DNA of 64,000 nucleotides from Oribacterium sp. (GTDB lineage Bacteria; Actinomycetota; Coriobacteriia; Coriobacteriales; Eggerthellaceae): NCBI GenBank assembly GCA_963592435.1, contig CAVAWT010000007.1, positions 1,297 to 65,296 of the forward strand, read 5' to 3'. Shown piece by piece: positions 62,445 to 64,000 of this stretch (position 1 is its first letter; each line of letters starts with the position of its first letter). The notes under the pieces were generated by a model. It saw only the letters and a program-made list of their open reading frames with translations, ran no database searches and was not told where the DNA came from. The position numbers and the translations under genes were made by a program.

Positions 62445-62738
62445 ATGAAGGCATATGAATTGCTGTATTTTGTTTCTCCAACTCTCGAAGACGATGCACG
62501 CCAAGCTGTGTCAAAGCGCATTGCTGAGACGATCGAGAAGGCAGAAGGCAAAGTCGATGAGATCGATGAGTGGGGCAAACGTAAGTTGGCCTATGAAATT
62601 GGTGAGTTGACAGAAGCAGACTACACTTTAGTGAACTTTCATGCAAATGAAGACGAGATTGCTGAGCTCGATCGTGTTTTGAGAATCAGCGACAACGTCG
62701 TTCGTCACATGATCACGACGCGCCCCGAAAGCAAGTAA
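62445..62738 (+). CDS. rpsF: 30S ribosomal protein S6
   Basis: 'MKAYELLYFVSP...' with ATG 7 nt after 'GGAGGTG'. 'WGKRKLAYEI' block. The track's 62304 start is an upstream extension. Confidence 0.9.
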   Translation: MKAYELLYFVSPTLEDDARQAVSKRIAETIEKAEGKVDEIDEWGKRKLAYEIGELTEADYTLVNFHANEDEIAELDRVLRISDNVVRHMITTRPESK

Positions 62739-62767
62739 ATTTTAGAGATTTAAGGGGTAAGAGAATT

Positions 62768-63205
62768 ATGAGTATTAACAAAGTTGTTTTAACAGGGAAT
62801 TTGACTAGAGACGCAGAAATGCGTTACACGCAGGGCGGAAGTGCTGTTGCATCTCTTGGAATTGCAGTTAATGATCGTGTGAAGAATTCTTCGACAGGTG
62901 ATTGGGAAGATTATGCCAATTTCATCAACTGCACAATGTTCGGCAAGCGAGCCGAAGGGTTGCAACCCTACTTAACAAAAGGGCAGAAAGTTGCAATTGA
63001 CGGTCGTCTTCGCTATTCAACGTGGGAAAGCGAAGGACAAAAGAGAAGCAAAGTTGAGGTTATCGTTGAGAATCTCGAGTTGTTAGGCGGTCGAGGTGGA
63101 AGTTCGCAACAGTCTCAAAGCAACAACAAGGATGCCTACAGTGCACCTCCGACACCAGTAGTCAATGAAGATTCGTCAGTTTTTGATGAGGATGTTCCTT
63201 TTTAA
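62768..63205 (+). CDS. ssb: Single-stranded DNA-binding protein
   Basis: 'MSINKVVLTGNLTRDAEMRYT' OB fold, Gly/Ser/Gln-rich linker, acidic tip 'FDEDVPF'. Confidence 0.92.
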   Translation: MSINKVVLTGNLTRDAEMRYTQGGSAVASLGIAVNDRVKNSSTGDWEDYANFINCTMFGKRAEGLQPYLTKGQKVAIDGRLRYSTWESEGQKRSKVEVIVENLELLGGRGGSSQQSQSNNKDAYSAPPTPVVNEDSSVFDEDVPF

Positions 63206-63239
63206 GACGAAGCTAAGAGAAAAAGATTGAAGGAATAAA

Positions 63240-63500
63240 ATGGCCGATTATAAAAGACAATCACGCCCCAAAAAGTGCCAGTGTTGCAAAGAGGGCATTG
63301 ATCATGTCGACTACAAAAATGTTGACATGCTCAAGAAATACACAACAGAACGTGGCAAGATCAAACCTCGTCGTGTGACAGGTGCTTGCACAAAACACCA
63401 AAGAGAAATTGCTTCAGCAATCAAGCGTGCTCGCGTCATGGCTCTTTTGCCATTTTGCGAGGCAACAGTCGCTGGACGCAACACCAAGCGTAAGAAATAG
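63240..63500 (+). CDS. rpsR: 30S ribosomal protein S18
   Basis: '[48 protein letters not shown]'. Confidence 0.92.
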   Translation: MADYKRQSRPKKCQCCKEGIDHVDYKNVDMLKKYTTERGKIKPRRVTGACTKHQREIASAIKRARVMALLPFCEATVAGRNTKRKK

Positions 63501-63510
63501 GAGGTGAGCC

Positions 63511-64000
63511 ATGCAAGTTATTTTATTGAAAGAATTGCACGGTCGCGGAGGCGAAGGTGACGTCATCAACGTCGCTCGTGGTTTCGCAAACAACTACCTT
63601 CTTCGTCAAGGAATTGCAGTTAAGGCGACAAAAGGCAATTTGAAGCAGCTCGAACAACGCCGTGCAAACATTGAGAAACGCGAGGTTGAACGCCTCGACA
63701 ACGCAAATGAGCTCGCAGAGAAGCTCAACAATTTGAGAGTTCATGTTAAGGCTCAAGTTGGGGAAGAAGGAATTTTGTTCGGTTCTGTCACTTCTGCAAT
63801 GATTGCAAGCGCGATCAAAGAAGAGCACGGAATCGATGTCGACAGACGCAGAGTTGAACTTGGCAAACCAATCAAGACTGTCGGTGAGTTCAAAGTCAGC
63901 GTTAACATCTACCGTGCAATTTCAGGAACTGTCACTGTTGTTGTCGGTGGCGAAGAGGAGCTCAAAGCTGACGCTGAAAAGCAAGAAGAAAAAGAAGAGG
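63511..64000 (+). CDS. rplI: 50S ribosomal protein L9 (3' end outside window)
   Basis: Not in the ORF track because no stop is reached. ATG 63511 lies 5 nt after 'GGAGGTGAG'. Translation reads 'MQVILLKELHGRGGEGDVINVARGFANNYLLRQGIAVKAT..'. Confidence 0.88.
   Translation, partial: MQVILLKELHGRGGEGDVINVARGFANNYLLRQGIAVKATKGNLKQLEQRRANIEKREVERLDNANELAEKLNNLRVHVKAQVGEEGILFGSVTSAMIASAIKEEHGIDVDRRRVELGKPIKTVGEFKVSVNIYRAISGTVTVVVGGEEELKADAEKQEEKEE

Noticed and set aside
1-64000. Scan for CRISPR arrays, rRNA genes, IS elements/transposases, integrases, toxin-antitoxin pairs and known defence-system hallmarks
   Set aside because: I found none by eye. No ORF shows DDE/HUH transposase, tyrosine or serine recombinase, Cas, restriction-modification or abortive-infection signature motifs. 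The only repeat arrays are coding repeats and the MraZ boxes.

Overview
This window is a chromosomal segment from a Gram-positive-type, moderately AT-rich bacterium. The sortase-like anchor, SipW-class signal peptides, dcw gene order and low-complexity divisome tails suggest an Actinomycetota/Coriobacteriia-like anaerobe, but the taxon is inference only.

Layout:
(i) 1-4410 is the 3' part of a giant surface adhesin with 8 Listeria-Bacteroides repeats.
(ii) 4.4-32.9 kb is a ~28-kb accessory island of 24 ORFs. Two co-amplified families that I cannot place in any characterised family dominate it. The first is a radical-SAM-like family: 5 intact long 'A' copies, 4 short 'C' copies and 2 degenerate A remnants. 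The second is a partner domain 'B': 8 copies in long and short subtypes, 3 of them fused N-terminally to A. The island also holds two NodU/CmcH-type carbamoyltransferases, two twin-arginine-signal paralogs and a BspA-type LRR protein. At its head are two paralogous ~250-aa proteins that end in 32-35 residues of pure Ser/Cys followed by a conserved [IW]FIA[YF]MNL terminus. I see no transporter, protease, regulator, integrase or transposase in the island. It is the main candidate for a new system, most simply a protein or RiPP-like modification pathway acting on the Ser/Cys tails.
(iii) 33.2-45.6 kb holds the MraZ operator repeats and a dcw cluster, mraZ-rsmH-ftsL-ftsI-mraY-murD-ftsW-murG-murC-murB-ftsQ. 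It lacks murE/murF and ftsA/ftsZ.
(iv) 45.6-64 kb holds:
- gshA-cca on the minus strand, then tatA, greA and lysS;
- four tandem TasA/camelysin-like SipW-signal proteins, the last with a sorting signal, next to an A24 prepilin-peptidase-like gene;
- purA, a coiled-coil membrane protein and an aminotransferase;
- tRNA-Leu(CAA), a LytTR response regulator with an overlapping membrane protein, and tRNA-Ser(CGA);
- rpsF-ssb-rpsR-rplI, with rplI running off the window.

All family assignments come from reading motifs by eye. No searches were run.
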